64,000 nucleotides of DNA from a virus: positions 64,001 to 128,000 of the IMG/VR virus record IMGVR_UViG_3300043409_001877; one strand, given 5' to 3'. Both the position numbers and the translations under genes were made by a program. How positions within the stretch are numbered: position 1 is the first letter of the stretch; each line of letters starts with the position of its first letter. The notes under the pieces were generated by a model that had not been told where the DNA came from, made no database searches, and was given only the letters and a program-made list of their open reading frames with translations. Positions 10,601-18,494 of this stretch are shown in pieces.

Positions 10601-12332
10601 ATTCTTCGTTACTTTTAACTTGATCACCATCAGCATCTTGTAATAAATAAAAAGGGTCTTCGTTTCTCGTTTTATTACCAATATAATAAAATCCAGTTGG
10701 GGCTTTTCCAGAACCAACACCTAGAAACCCTGTAATACCTTTAAAAAATTGAGCAATTTTAGATCCAACTTCAAATACACCACTTTGATAATCTATTAAA
10801 TAATCTGGTTGGTACTTATTCCTTTTAATGGTATTAAATAAGGCATATTTTTGACCGCTACCAGTGTGATTTAAATACCAAATATCTTTATCACTTCTGG
10901 CTGTTTTACCAATTAAATCGGCAACAAACCTACCTATTGCGGTTTTAGCTCCTGAATCGTATTCAGTTGTATTACCAAAACATTTTGGTGTATAATCAAC
11001 ATTGATATCTTTAATAAATGAAATTGGTGATGTAATACCAGCTAAACTAGCTAAAAATTCAGCACCTTTACCAATAATATTACTTGGTACTGTAATATCA
11101 TAATTAGCTTCAAATAATGGTTGTTTACCAGTTAATAAATTAAGAGCAGTTAAGGGATTTGTCATCGCCTCATCTAAATAAGTTCTACCAATAGTTTCTC
11201 TTTCAATAGCTCTTTTAATTCTACTCTCAAGATTAAATTTAAGTTCTAGAGCCGCTATATTCATTAATAACGTTTCATTTTCTAATATTGGTGTTGCACT
11301 ACTATTTAAAAAATAAGAAATAGGATCTGTATTATAACCACTTATGATTGATATAGGTGATGTTGTTGTTCTTAATGATAAAAAAGAACTTGGTGTGTAT
11401 TCTTCTGGATTAATAAATGTGTAAACACCAGAATTAAACGCATCAATATAAGGTTTTGTAAATGGGTCTGGTTGTAAACTTATTATTGTTGATTCGAATG
11501 TGTTATATTGAACAGGCATATACCTGTTTTGTTGTAAAGCTAAATCTAAGGTAACAAGAGCTGTTTGATTAGAATCAATACTAACACTAGTTGAATTTGG
11601 TACGGATAAATCATTAATAATCGTTAATTTATTAATCGTATCTAATAAAGATGTGTAAGTATACGCCCCATCACTTAAATCAAAGTAGATTGAATTATTT
11701 TCCGAAGGATCATTACTATCATATGGTTTATTTTTCTTAAGTAATTTAGCTCTTTCAATATTTGCTGCCGTATCAACCGTACCTGGATCAAAAACAGATT
11801 TATCACCTATAACAGTATCTAAACCTCTACCAGCTAAATATTGCTGTGTTAATCCAGCATTACTTGTTAAATTACCAATACCAGTTGTGATATCATTAGG
11901 TGTTTTAATATTTTTATTTAAAATGGTTTGTCTTGGTGTTACAGAATCAGCTACAACGTCACCAGGGTTAATAACATTAAAATCGTTTATAACGGTATCT
12001 AGACCTCTACCAGCTAAATATTGTTGTGTTATTGCTGAACTACCAGTCAAATCACCAATACCTGTTTTGATATCATTAGGTGTCTTTAAATTTTTATTTA
12101 AATCTTTTATCCTTGGTGCAACAGAATCTGTGACAACATTACCAGGATCTTTTAATGTAACTGAAGCTTTATCTGTTTTAATTATAGCATCTTTACCTAA
12201 AGCGTCTAAATATGCGGCATACATAGCCGCACCACTTAAATCAACTAAACCTAATACAATATCTGGTGGAGTTTTTAAGTTAAGCTTTAAAACTTCTTTT
12301 CTATAATCTTCTGATAATATTTTAAGACCCAT
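4680..12332 (-). CDS. 2550-aa multidomain baseplate/tail-tube-initiator-like protein with OmpA-like domain
   Basis: FLGRPEPIYTYNNSERSGSLSW and PPICILRIGD...ISNLNISYE...PMIADIQLSF resemble tube-initiator (gp48/54, CIS-tube) halves. FFEND...AYASP...YNEDLAKRR...RRVQI resembles OmpA-C. Lies between tape measure and LysM genes. Confidence 0.65.
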   Translation of the reverse strand: MGLKILSEDYRKEVLKLNLKTPPDIVLGLVDLSGAAMYAAYLDALGKDAIIKTDKASVTLKDPGNVVTDSVAPRIKDLNKNLKTPNDIKTGIGDLTGSSAITQQYLAGRGLDTVINDFNVINPGDVVADSVTPRQTILNKNIKTPNDITTGIGNLTSNAGLTQQYLAGRGLDTVIGDKSVFDPGTVDTAANIERAKLLKKNKPYDSNDPSENNSIYFDLSDGAYTYTSLLDTINKLTIINDLSVPNSTSVSIDSNQTALVTLDLALQQNRYMPVQYNTFESTIISLQPDPFTKPYIDAFNSGVYTFINPEEYTPSSFLSLRTTTSPISIISGYNTDPISYFLNSSATPILENETLLMNIAALELKFNLESRIKRAIERETIGRTYLDEAMTNPLTALNLLTGKQPLFEANYDITVPSNIIGKGAEFLASLAGITSPISFIKDINVDYTPKCFGNTTEYDSGAKTAIGRFVADLIGKTARSDKDIWYLNHTGSGQKYALFNTIKRNKYQPDYLIDYQSGVFEVGSKIAQFFKGITGFLGVGSGKAPTGFYYIGNKTRNEDPFYLLQDADGDQVKSNEELIRVITHQVDTGTNTTSVYEEPGYDQVSQYGSLETDFVWKSSSAIDVVYDYKTKLGKHINVKFTDDNKLSYIKNRRNTFRECSILYKTSQLLEKGINGFGSPIDQTLTKFYDGYDFTSRGNATIAPVKIDKFNKQGEVIGYRYLIPGLDVSGKRNEDSMYYQAELCRVWTKARPYSKITDLVRYKELIRRERNSVLDRYGNLNIHPSELNVNDGYGREKGGFAAAQTEAFSEKRARKYMFSLENLAWRDTAQFTDLPNCEKGFNGGRVMWFPPYDITFTDDTTANWTTHQFLGRPEPIYTYNNSERSGSLSWKIVVDHPSILNLLTQKELAKLTDGEIDEILAAFWAGCVEFDIFELARIWNQFSQSDIDYFKKVIAGLNVKIPNEAIKKKIEKITVTKQPETIKVDSTNDQAVPVPSINGRSLFFENDVPLPIDKYNKKTTIYDTGRIERYPDYFDQYQKLSNGTLTGSDSVEKVKVFPGSVSDAWIRYNKTIGSGSAENYFFSEDPNNVGVDKGNWYGFNKQYKDIEKDLSDAKYKQFDLTITLDAYASPLGPDSSTSTYNEDLAKRRIISVSVWLILNVLVKVGKIYASEDGTDEITEAYMYSAEGFATTTYFTVYRDKGNGKRSKILFNGNPNAVLAASIFEEGNKENVYQNYKKTTAGSNKYFEVSAPPVGDINGTNLTYCCFESDKIAEKVKASNLLPSIPKTQIGSVEAKLNRPYEDVVCGALSIVTSHARRVQISVIVDAPEPAPPKVEVVPEPVDEYTTPPGDVPTNDRNVTKREIAQRILNKLINECDYFELLKKDAPIVYDSLKQKLKYFSPAFHAMTPEGLNARLTFLQQCLRPGETIKKDDSDGCDANNTAFGKPPICILRIGDFYNTKIVISNLNISYEPLVWDLNPEGIGVQPMIADIQLSFKYIGGSGLRKHVDELQNALSFNYYANTDIYDERTFANNDKDERNLINLERSYFDSNTLDLIPIVAAAERIVPQDFQSDIPYGTIGIITKRRQPTTAGGAYNNDILSAKTFSSGTVYQPYDIVSEGGKFYVRKADDELNISAKNTLNGSGAPVTSTTHWNEVIWRNYGEQPFRLEFSKTRPNINENGDATTGTTTGNSTTSDKYMSKTYFNSYEISYYELFQDLYKTYGKIVTNNFKFNTPYDKNTLLLQLALNKNYNKTLVTVNSAPLGLSGTDGSGGTDGSSGTSSASGSSGTSSARGTDGSSSNSDTGYFDDLSKLAYQDDKFGTFGTASSSGTSSTSSTSGTDGTSSGGKYYLYEVFKNEAAERNYVEFSEFGKLAAVNNQTLGTESIAPLKLHLYPQNNLYKIGDGKTVVSTSGTFNDATRFNPGNLNGGKINGVNAEPEVAGIFLKDFSNHRKNIDFMINGLSNEMSAKLKLDIAHFWHYDTSSKQAYNEYLKYFEVPYKAIFSDYLVGKLMDYTATITDHIDTILTSAEENTAKFGVLLSALSVVTEGYDLRTDETKIERFEVIPNDFKIGKGEYSAETVFGYDPYQKYQKMLLGTAETLKTGLTRTITLKKVRDFVYNRENSDADKINLLSMGNGPYFFKQITKDAEFKKLVPSGYTQDNYLVESTAIKENRVITGSTETSSLRPNFLLGVSGITLNTVYDKAGGVGETTVKSIQPPAPAPGASPIPVPGTYSDYYNMTYTFEKINYEVFDFSNKMLDIMVNDNFLSKKFDLDIMYGDETTEFARKLLALDPKAIDLFYYGANKNTLLNTPISYYTINTSSVGGTTTERYLTEINKFIKYGVEINSELVKDLSPGLNSLVAATKSKPIPVSGLVDMFFVGFFATLDDNDKENILKLIKAADKPKKLVTSGSTRQINSRYRKIEKTLTSTFKAIYKYRDDAIKKTTTLNTDYTKNIKKVNDSVVKIITETNSGETILDNPMFFESNLTRGNEVDYTLVLKDTVDVKKSVLDNYKIFTKYRNVFNIINQSEVPEVVEQATETELSKYNKGE
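6799..7045 (-). repeat. Ser/Gly/Thr low-complexity repeats (SGTDGSSGTSS-type) in two blocks
   Basis: Direct repeat GCTGAAGATGTTCCGCTTGA at 6961 and 6988; SGTSSTSSTSGTDGTSSGG block nearby. Confidence 0.8.
11725..12285 (-). repeat. Three ~60-aa (180-nt) tandem repeats at the N-terminus of the 2550-aa protein
   Basis: CAGCTAAATATTG at 11831 and 12011 (period 180). Peptide KTPNDI.TGIG.LT....TQQYLAGRGLDTVI occurs twice, plus a degenerate first copy. Confidence 0.85.
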
Positions 12333-12365
12333 TTTTTTATTTAAATTCTATTTTTATATTAATTA

Positions 12366-15300
12366 TTAAGCGTATATTGGTGTTATAGGATCGTGAGTTC
12401 CACTCCTGTAATTACCAAAACCACCGCCATCAGCTTGGGATATACCTTTTAATCTAGCACCAAACATATCTGAAGCTCCATTAAATTGATCATGTGTTAT
12501 AAATCTACCATCTGGTGTTTGTAATGTTATACTACCTTCATGTCTAACAACACTAGAACTACCAGAGCCACCACCAGAACCACTACCGCCACCCATACTA
12601 GACATGGCTTCTTGAAAAGCTTTTTGTTGAATAAATTGATCCATGTTATTTTTAAATGAAGTGGTATTTAAGTTACCACTTTTATCATAATCACCAATAT
12701 TAGACATAGCGTCTTTAGCGGCTTTTTCGTGAATGAATTGAACCATATCACCTTTACCAAAATTACCAGTATATAAGTTACCATTTGAGTTTATAGCAAT
12801 CTGACCATCATCAAAAGCCCCCATTTCTCTAGCAGCATCAGCAGCATCAATAGCAAGTGAGGTTGCGGTTCCAACTCCAGGTGCAACCAAATCTAATAAA
12901 CCAGCGGCACCAGAAGCAACTTGTAATCCAGCACCAGCCCAATCGCCTTCCATAGCATCTTTGACAGCAAAACCAAGACTAACTAATGTACCAATTATTG
13001 GTATATGTTTTAATATCGTTTTACCAGCAACACCCATGGCGGCTTTTTCGCCAGCCATACCAATTTTTAAACCAACTTTACCCATAGTAGCCCCACCATG
13101 TGTAATCATGGAACCGCCTAACTTAGATAAACCTTGACCCACAACTTTACCACCAACTTTTGTAGCTAAACCAGGAGCCATTTTAGCTAAATTAATAGCG
13201 CCTTTACCAGCCTTACCATATTTTAATAAACCTTCACCAGCTGTTTTTGTGCCATCATCTGGTGGTAACATTTGTTCTTGTATACCAGAACCCTTGTACA
13301 TTGCAGCTAAAGCACCTGTCTTGTCAGAGTCAATTGCCTCTTGTTTCATTCTCATAGCCGAAGCTCTCATTTTCTTACCACCAAGAGCATCTGGCAATGC
13401 ATGACTAATACCCTCCATTATGGTAGCTATACCAATTTTTAAAAATGGCATTATACCTTTTAATACCGCAACTAATACATCAGTAAATAACACTTTAAGT
13501 GTTTGCCCAACATTCTTTAAAAAACCATCTTTATCAGCCCAAATAGCTGATATTTTTTCAAATATACCTTTAGCCCAATCAATTACTTTTTTGAAACCCT
13601 GAGTTAAGCCTTCGCTACCCATGATATCTTCGCTTATGAATTTAGCTAAACTAGTACCAGCTTTTTCGACCATTGCTAAGAAACTATCAAAATCTTGACT
13701 ACCAAATAATTTTGTGAATATACTTGAAAACCCCATGATAAATCTATCGTAAATCATTTCCAATCTTTCCATCATATTTTTACGACCAATTGCCGCCTCT
13801 TCATTTTTCTTTCTTGAATCTAGTATGGCTTTTAAACCATTCTTATCAGTCATGTTTGCTAATAAAGTTTCAACACCAGCGGAGTTTCTGATTACATATT
13901 GACCTTTCTCATTTAAACTCACTAAATTAGCTAACGCTGGTCTATCATCTTCAGATATCTGCATAAGATTAAATCCAGATTTTTGTAGCATAGCCATTTT
14001 ATCAGCAATCTTTCTTTGTTCAATAGCTGTTTGTACTGCTTCTTCATAGTTTTGACCTAAAGTTTCAGACGCTATTTTTAATGATTTTCTTTCTTCTGGT
14101 GGAATAAAATAATTTCCTTTGGAGTCTTTTTTAACAATTTCTGAAACAGTCGCTGCAAATTTTTCAGCCAAAGCTGTTGGGTCATTCATTGATTCAAAAG
14201 CTAACTGCATAGGGTCGCCAAAACTAGCAGCAAATTTACCACCTAATGTTTGCATTCTAGCGGCAGCTTCAACAGCTTTTTCTGGGTCAAAAAACGCATC
14301 AGCAAATGCTTTAGTTGATGCTACGATATCAAATCTAATAGCTGTCGCTTTTGCGGCTAACTTTGTTAAATTTTCTAAACCTTTACCAAAACCAATACCC
14401 GTTAAACTTTTAACTAACCCATCGTATGTTTTTAATACTTTAGTTGTATTAACATTATATCTAGCAGCTAAACCTCTTGCTTTATCGGTTAGGTTAATTG
14501 TTTTTTCAAGTGAAATACCTATGTTTTCAAAACTAGCCGCCATTTCGGAAGCCGCATCAACACCAAGACCTGTGCCCAAACCTAATTCAACTATTTTTCC
14601 AATTTGGGCTTCATTGAACATCATGTTTTTACCAGTTATTTCACTAAATTGTTGCATAACAGTAACAACATCTTTCATGCTACCACCAAACTTCATGGCT
14701 GATAAAGTTAACCCAACCATGTTATTCATTAAAACTTTTGATTCAATAGCTGTTAACCCTATATCGGCAGATAAATTACCAACAGCGCTTTGCATTTCTA
14801 AGAATACATTGAAAGCTGCTTTAAGTGGAGCTAAAAATAATCCAATTATTGTTTTACCAATTGTAAGTAATCCACTAATTATTGAACCAATAACGGGAAC
14901 TGCGCCAACAATACTACCAATACCATCTATAATACCATCAGCCGCTGCACCAATTTGACCACCCTTGGCGCTAAGTTTACCAAGAACTGGTATTGTTTGG
15001 CGCATCTGTTTTAAACCAATTAAGTTTTTTTGATTTTTAATTTGGATTGCATTGTATTGTTTTTTTAATGATTTTGCTTCGGAATCTTTGCCGAGTTTTT
15101 GCGCTTCATGTATCTTTTTTTGTATTCTGATTAAATCTTTTTCAGTTGAGGCTATATCTTTTTTTGCTTTCCTAACTTTATCAGTTTGAGACATTATCTT
15201 AGCACCAGAACTAACCATCCTTTTCATTACGTTAGCACCCTTATAATCGGATTTTAACATATCTCTTTTGGTTCCAAAGATATCCATTTGTTGTTCAGCA

Positions 15301-15413
15301 ATTTCTTCCTGAATTTCTTTAAGACGTTCCATGGATATAACGTTGTTCCTAAGTGCCTCTTCCCAAACACCAGCACCAGTCATTAAGTTATTAAATAAAT
15401 CTCCTTGAGCCAT
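12366..15413 (-). CDS. Tape measure protein
   Basis: 1015-aa Ala/Gly/Lys-rich helical protein with hydrophobic stretches (IPIIGTLVSLGFAV..GDWAGAGL); downstream of tube and chaperone genes. Confidence 0.8.
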   Translation of the reverse strand: MAQGDLFNNLMTGAGVWEEALRNNVISMERLKEIQEEIAEQQMDIFGTKRDMLKSDYKGANVMKRMVSSGAKIMSQTDKVRKAKKDIASTEKDLIRIQKKIHEAQKLGKDSEAKSLKKQYNAIQIKNQKNLIGLKQMRQTIPVLGKLSAKGGQIGAAADGIIDGIGSIVGAVPVIGSIISGLLTIGKTIIGLFLAPLKAAFNVFLEMQSAVGNLSADIGLTAIESKVLMNNMVGLTLSAMKFGGSMKDVVTVMQQFSEITGKNMMFNEAQIGKIVELGLGTGLGVDAASEMAASFENIGISLEKTINLTDKARGLAARYNVNTTKVLKTYDGLVKSLTGIGFGKGLENLTKLAAKATAIRFDIVASTKAFADAFFDPEKAVEAAARMQTLGGKFAASFGDPMQLAFESMNDPTALAEKFAATVSEIVKKDSKGNYFIPPEERKSLKIASETLGQNYEEAVQTAIEQRKIADKMAMLQKSGFNLMQISEDDRPALANLVSLNEKGQYVIRNSAGVETLLANMTDKNGLKAILDSRKKNEEAAIGRKNMMERLEMIYDRFIMGFSSIFTKLFGSQDFDSFLAMVEKAGTSLAKFISEDIMGSEGLTQGFKKVIDWAKGIFEKISAIWADKDGFLKNVGQTLKVLFTDVLVAVLKGIMPFLKIGIATIMEGISHALPDALGGKKMRASAMRMKQEAIDSDKTGALAAMYKGSGIQEQMLPPDDGTKTAGEGLLKYGKAGKGAINLAKMAPGLATKVGGKVVGQGLSKLGGSMITHGGATMGKVGLKIGMAGEKAAMGVAGKTILKHIPIIGTLVSLGFAVKDAMEGDWAGAGLQVASGAAGLLDLVAPGVGTATSLAIDAADAAREMGAFDDGQIAINSNGNLYTGNFGKGDMVQFIHEKAAKDAMSNIGDYDKSGNLNTTSFKNNMDQFIQQKAFQEAMSSMGGGSGSGGGSGSSSVVRHEGSITLQTPDGRFITHDQFNGASDMFGARLKGISQADGGGFGNYRSGTHDPITPIYA

Positions 15414-16051
15414 TAATTAAATTTGATTAAATATTTTGCGCCACTTATATTAGTTATGTCAGATATCTTATATGAAGTTTTATTAGCTGTTAATTCATTT
15501 ATGGAATTAGTAATACCAGCAGCATTTTTAGATGTAAAAAAAGATAGGTTAATACTCATTTCTAATAATTTATTACTTGACATAACTGAATTAATAGATA
15601 TTTCATCGGAAAATAAAAATTCAATTTCTCTACTAGATTGTAAAGATAATTTATTATTAATTTTAAAATTTCTACCATGTTCTGGTTTATAACCAGAAAT
15701 AGCGGTAAATGTTGTATCATCTAAATCATCAGTTAAAACATTATATCTTTTTAATAATCTATATATTGGAAAAACATATGACTCATAGTCACTTGGTAAT
15801 TGAATTAAATCACCAACAATAACTCTATCAGAACTACCAGAAAAAGCAGATTTAATGTTCTTTTCAGCACTTTTTGCATACGCACCAGCTGAACCTAATC
15901 TTGTTAAAGTAGTAGCAGCATTGCCACTTTTAGCTATTGCATCAAAATCCTGTTTAGTGTATTGTCCAGGTTTTTCGTCTATTTCATTGATTGTACTAAA
16001 ATCATTATCCTCGATCATTTTAATACGCTGTTTTATTTTTTCTATTGACAT
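15413..16051 (-). CDS. Hypothetical protein
   Basis: 212-aa ORF coupled to the tape measure start; preceded by the ACTATTTAT motif. Confidence 0.65.
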   Translation of the reverse strand: MSIEKIKQRIKMIEDNDFSTINEIDEKPGQYTKQDFDAIAKSGNAATTLTRLGSAGAYAKSAEKNIKSAFSGSSDRVIVGDLIQLPSDYESYVFPIYRLLKRYNVLTDDLDDTTFTAISGYKPEHGRNFKINNKLSLQSSREIEFLFSDEISINSVMSSNKLLEMSINLSFFTSKNAAGITNSINELTANKTSYKISDITNISGAKYLIKFN

Positions 16052-16086
16052 GAGCTTTTATTGTTTATTATAAATAGTTTTAAATT

Positions 16087-16112
16087 AAAAAAACCCACGA
16101 AATTGTGGGTTT
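16087..16112 (-). terminator. Intrinsic terminator after the chaperone/frameshift ORF
   Basis: Minus strand AAACCCAC-AATTTC-GTGGGTTT followed by a T run. Confidence 0.75.
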
Positions 16113-16116
16113 AGTT

Positions 16117-16365
16117 TTATTTTCTTTTAGAGTTAGCTTTTGCTTGTTCTCTTTCTCTATGGTCTTTAACTTTTTTGTTTTCATCCATTAGAATATCAAT
16201 AAAAGCCCTTCTTTCGTATACTGGCATATGTAGTATGTCAGCGTAACTAAAATTACCGTGTTTTATAAGAACATAGAATTCGTAAAGAACGTCTTTCTTA
16301 TAAGTCGAGGTAGGGCCAAAGAAACTTTGAGGTAATTGGAAGTTCACCAAAAAAAAATTCACCAC
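16117..16365 (-). CDS. Tail assembly chaperone extension (lambda GT-like), probably reached by frameshift
   Basis: Overlaps the 3' end of 16298..17050 in the +1 frame with only weak GTG starts. FSYADILHMPVYERRAFI resembles T-type extensions. Confidence 0.6.
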   Translation of the reverse strand: MVNFFLVNFQLPQSFFGPTSTYKKDVLYEFYVLIKHGNFSYADILHMPVYERRAFIDILMDENKKVKDHREREQAKANSKRK

Positions 16366-17050
16366 TAGGTGCTTGTATGTTAATGTCCAAATCTAAACCA
16401 GGTTCATTGTCGTTAATGTACTTTCGTAATTGACCTGAGTCGCTAACTGGCATTTGATCAATGAATCCTTGAATCTGTGCTCTGTCCCTTGTCCCTTCAA
16501 TTTCAGTGATCTGTGCAGCTAATCTCATTGTTAATAACTGTGAAATAGCATTGGTACCTAATTTTCTACGTCTAGCTTCATCTTCTTTAACTAATTTATC
16601 ATCTTCATCAGCTGTTAAGTATCTGAATTTAATTTTCTTCTTAGTTTTAGGTAAAAAGAAATCACATTCCCCATTTTCGTCAGGTTCAAGTGTAATCTCT
16701 TTTGAAATGAATTGACTTAAATCAATCTCTGTTTCAAATTTACTACCAGTCTTAGGGTCTGTAAGTTCAACTGGGTACATTTCACCGTAACCCGTAGCTC
16801 TTAAAAAGAATAAGATTGCATTTTTATCCCCAGAAAGCATTTGACCTGGTTTAATATCCTGATCGATAACTTTTCTATCCAATAAAACATCAATAACTTT
16901 ACCATTCTGTAAAAGGTTTGGTGAGGTTAAGATATTTTCATCAGCAGCGGTCAAATAAGCCACTTTAACGGTTGATTTTTTATTTTTGTAGAATCTACCT
17001 TGGGAAGGTAAACTAATCACGTCATGCGCTGGTTCCATCATTGTATCCAT
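16298..17050 (-). CDS. Tail assembly chaperone / T4 gp26-like baseplate hub assembly protein
   Basis: LPSQGRFY...VAYLTAADENIL...GDKNAILFFLRATGYG...LPKTKKKIKFRYLT...FLWP pattern; between tube and tape measure genes. Confidence 0.75.
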   Translation of the reverse strand: MDTMMEPAHDVISLPSQGRFYKNKKSTVKVAYLTAADENILTSPNLLQNGKVIDVLLDRKVIDQDIKPGQMLSGDKNAILFFLRATGYGEMYPVELTDPKTGSKFETEIDLSQFISKEITLEPDENGECDFFLPKTKKKIKFRYLTADEDDKLVKEDEARRRKLGTNAISQLLTMRLAAQITEIEGTRDRAQIQGFIDQMPVSDSGQLRKYINDNEPGLDLDINIQAPSGEFFFGELPITSKFLWPYLDL

Positions 17051-17181
17051 AATATTTGTATTTATATTTTAATTATAATCTTTTATTAAATAGTGTAAAC
17101 TATATTTTTTATTTTTTTACCGTTTATTTGGATTTTGACGTTACACCCAAATATAAGTACTTATAATAATAATAATTAATT

Positions 17182-17580
17182 ATGGCTAAAAAGAAAGGTA
17201 AAATAGGTAAATTATTTAAAAAAATGAAAGGTACGTCAAATCTTGAAGTATCTTTTGCTGATTTGCTTGATAAATTGGGAGTTAAATATGAGCAACACTT
17301 TGTATTTAAAAAAAGAGAATATGATTTTTTATTGAATGATCATAATATATTAATTGAAACACATGGTTGTTTTTTTCATTGTTGTAAGGAACATAACCCA
17401 GAAGCTAAATACGCATTCCAAAGAAAAAATTTAAAGAATGATCAATACAAAGTAAAATTGGTTAAATTTGATAAAACCTATACTTTATTGGTAATTTGGG
17501 AACATGAGATAGAAAAGAAAAAATTACTAACCGAAAAAATAAATACCTTTATTGAAAAGTATACGGTACTTAATGGATAA
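17182..17580 (+). CDS. DUF559/Vsr-like PD-(D/E)XK endonuclease
   Basis: SNLE...YDF...LIETHGCFFH...ND..K...LLVIWEHEI matches the Vsr/DUF559 layout. Confidence 0.75.
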   Translation: MAKKKGKIGKLFKKMKGTSNLEVSFADLLDKLGVKYEQHFVFKKREYDFLLNDHNILIETHGCFFHCCKEHNPEAKYAFQRKNLKNDQYKVKLVKFDKTYTLLVIWEHEIEKKKLLTEKINTFIEKYTVLNG

Positions 17581-17621
17581 AAAAAGACCCGCTTGCTGAT
17601 CTTACGGTAAGCAAAACGGGT
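17579..17621 (-). terminator. Intrinsic terminator after the tail tube gene
   Basis: ACCCG..TTGCT-loop-AGCAA.CGGGT stem followed by T7 on the minus strand. Confidence 0.6.
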
Positions 17622-17648
17622 ACTGTTATATAAAATTTTAAAAAAGTA

Positions 17649-18137
17649 TTAGTAAACTAAGATACATCTATCAGGTCTTAGAGTTACCGTGATTTCAGCG
17701 ATATCTTCAGAGCTATAATCTAATGAGCCAAAGTCAGCGTTTGTGATAAACGTTCCTTGTAGAATCCATTTTTCAACAACAACACCTGTCGGATCTAACA
17801 TCTCCAATTCAATATCTTTCTTATAACCTGCTGCATAACCCATACGTCCTGTAACAGACTCGGCATGTAAACGCACCCACTCCATTAAAGCTTGAGCGGC
17901 TGAAGGGCCTATAGGATCTTTAAAAGTTACATCGATTGATTCCCAGTTAAATCTACCTGCAACATATGTTGAAGTATTTAAGAATGGTATCTCAACTTCA
18001 CCAATAGTAATCTTTGGTCTTGAAGATGAAATTACAAACCACTCGTTAATACCTAGTGAACTCGGAAATCTTAAAATAAACCTGTTCTGCTTTTTTGGTT
18101 CGTAAGGAACAGGCATTTTCATTAATAAATTAGCCAT
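17649..18137 (-). CDS. Tail tube protein (T4 gp19-like)
   Basis: EPKKQNRF...YVAGRFNWESIDVTFKD...YKKDIELEMLDPTGVVVEKWILQGTF...LDY...EITVTLRPD; immediately downstream of the sheath gene. Confidence 0.92.
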   Translation of the reverse strand: MANLLMKMPVPYEPKKQNRFILRFPSSLGINEWFVISSSRPKITIGEVEIPFLNTSTYVAGRFNWESIDVTFKDPIGPSAAQALMEWVRLHAESVTGRMGYAAGYKKDIELEMLDPTGVVVEKWILQGTFITNADFGSLDYSSEDIAEITVTLRPDRCILVY

Positions 18138-18261
18138 AATTTTGTATTTTTTTAATTTGTGTTATTTCTTTATATAAATATCTAGCAATATTGCTTTGTT
18201 CTGATACTTTTTTATTTATTTTTGCTTTTATTATAAATAGTTCAATATTTTTTTTAAAACG

Positions 18262-18293
18262 CTTGACTTTACAATTTATTTTTCCTAATATTG
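18262..18293 (+). promoter_or_regulatory. Host-type promoter TTG-N20-TAATATTG pointing into a non-coding segment
   Basis: TTGACT 18263-68 and TAATATTG 18286-93; same architecture as the promoter at 23323. Confidence 0.5.
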
Positions 18294-18430
18294 TATAGGG
18301 CCTTTAGTTATGGTTCTGTTTAATGGTTCTTTATATAATAACAATATTAATAATAAATACTTTAATAAACATATAAATAGGCCCTATATTATATAGGAAT
18401 TTTTTATTGATTTTTCAAATTTTAATTTAT

Positions 18431-18467
18431 AAAAAAACCCAGTTTTTACGCTGGGTTCTTTATTTTT
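18431..18467. terminator. Bidirectional intrinsic terminator downstream of the sheath gene
   Basis: AACCCAG-TTTTTACG-CTGGGTT flanked by A7 on the left and a T-rich tract on the right. Confidence 0.75.
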
Positions 18468-18494
18468 ATCTTTTTTTTAAATTAAACTACTCAA

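Noticed and set aside
14119-14958. 279-aa plus-strand ORF
   Set aside because: Antisense shadow of the tape measure gene; no motifs. The same applies to the other short antisense ORFs in the track (e.g. 5005..5388, 11887..12306, 50462..50956).
18310-18396. 28-codon Asn-rich ORF in the sheath-tube gap
   Set aside because: Low-complexity and expected by chance in AT-rich DNA; kept only as part of the ncRNA/origin candidate.
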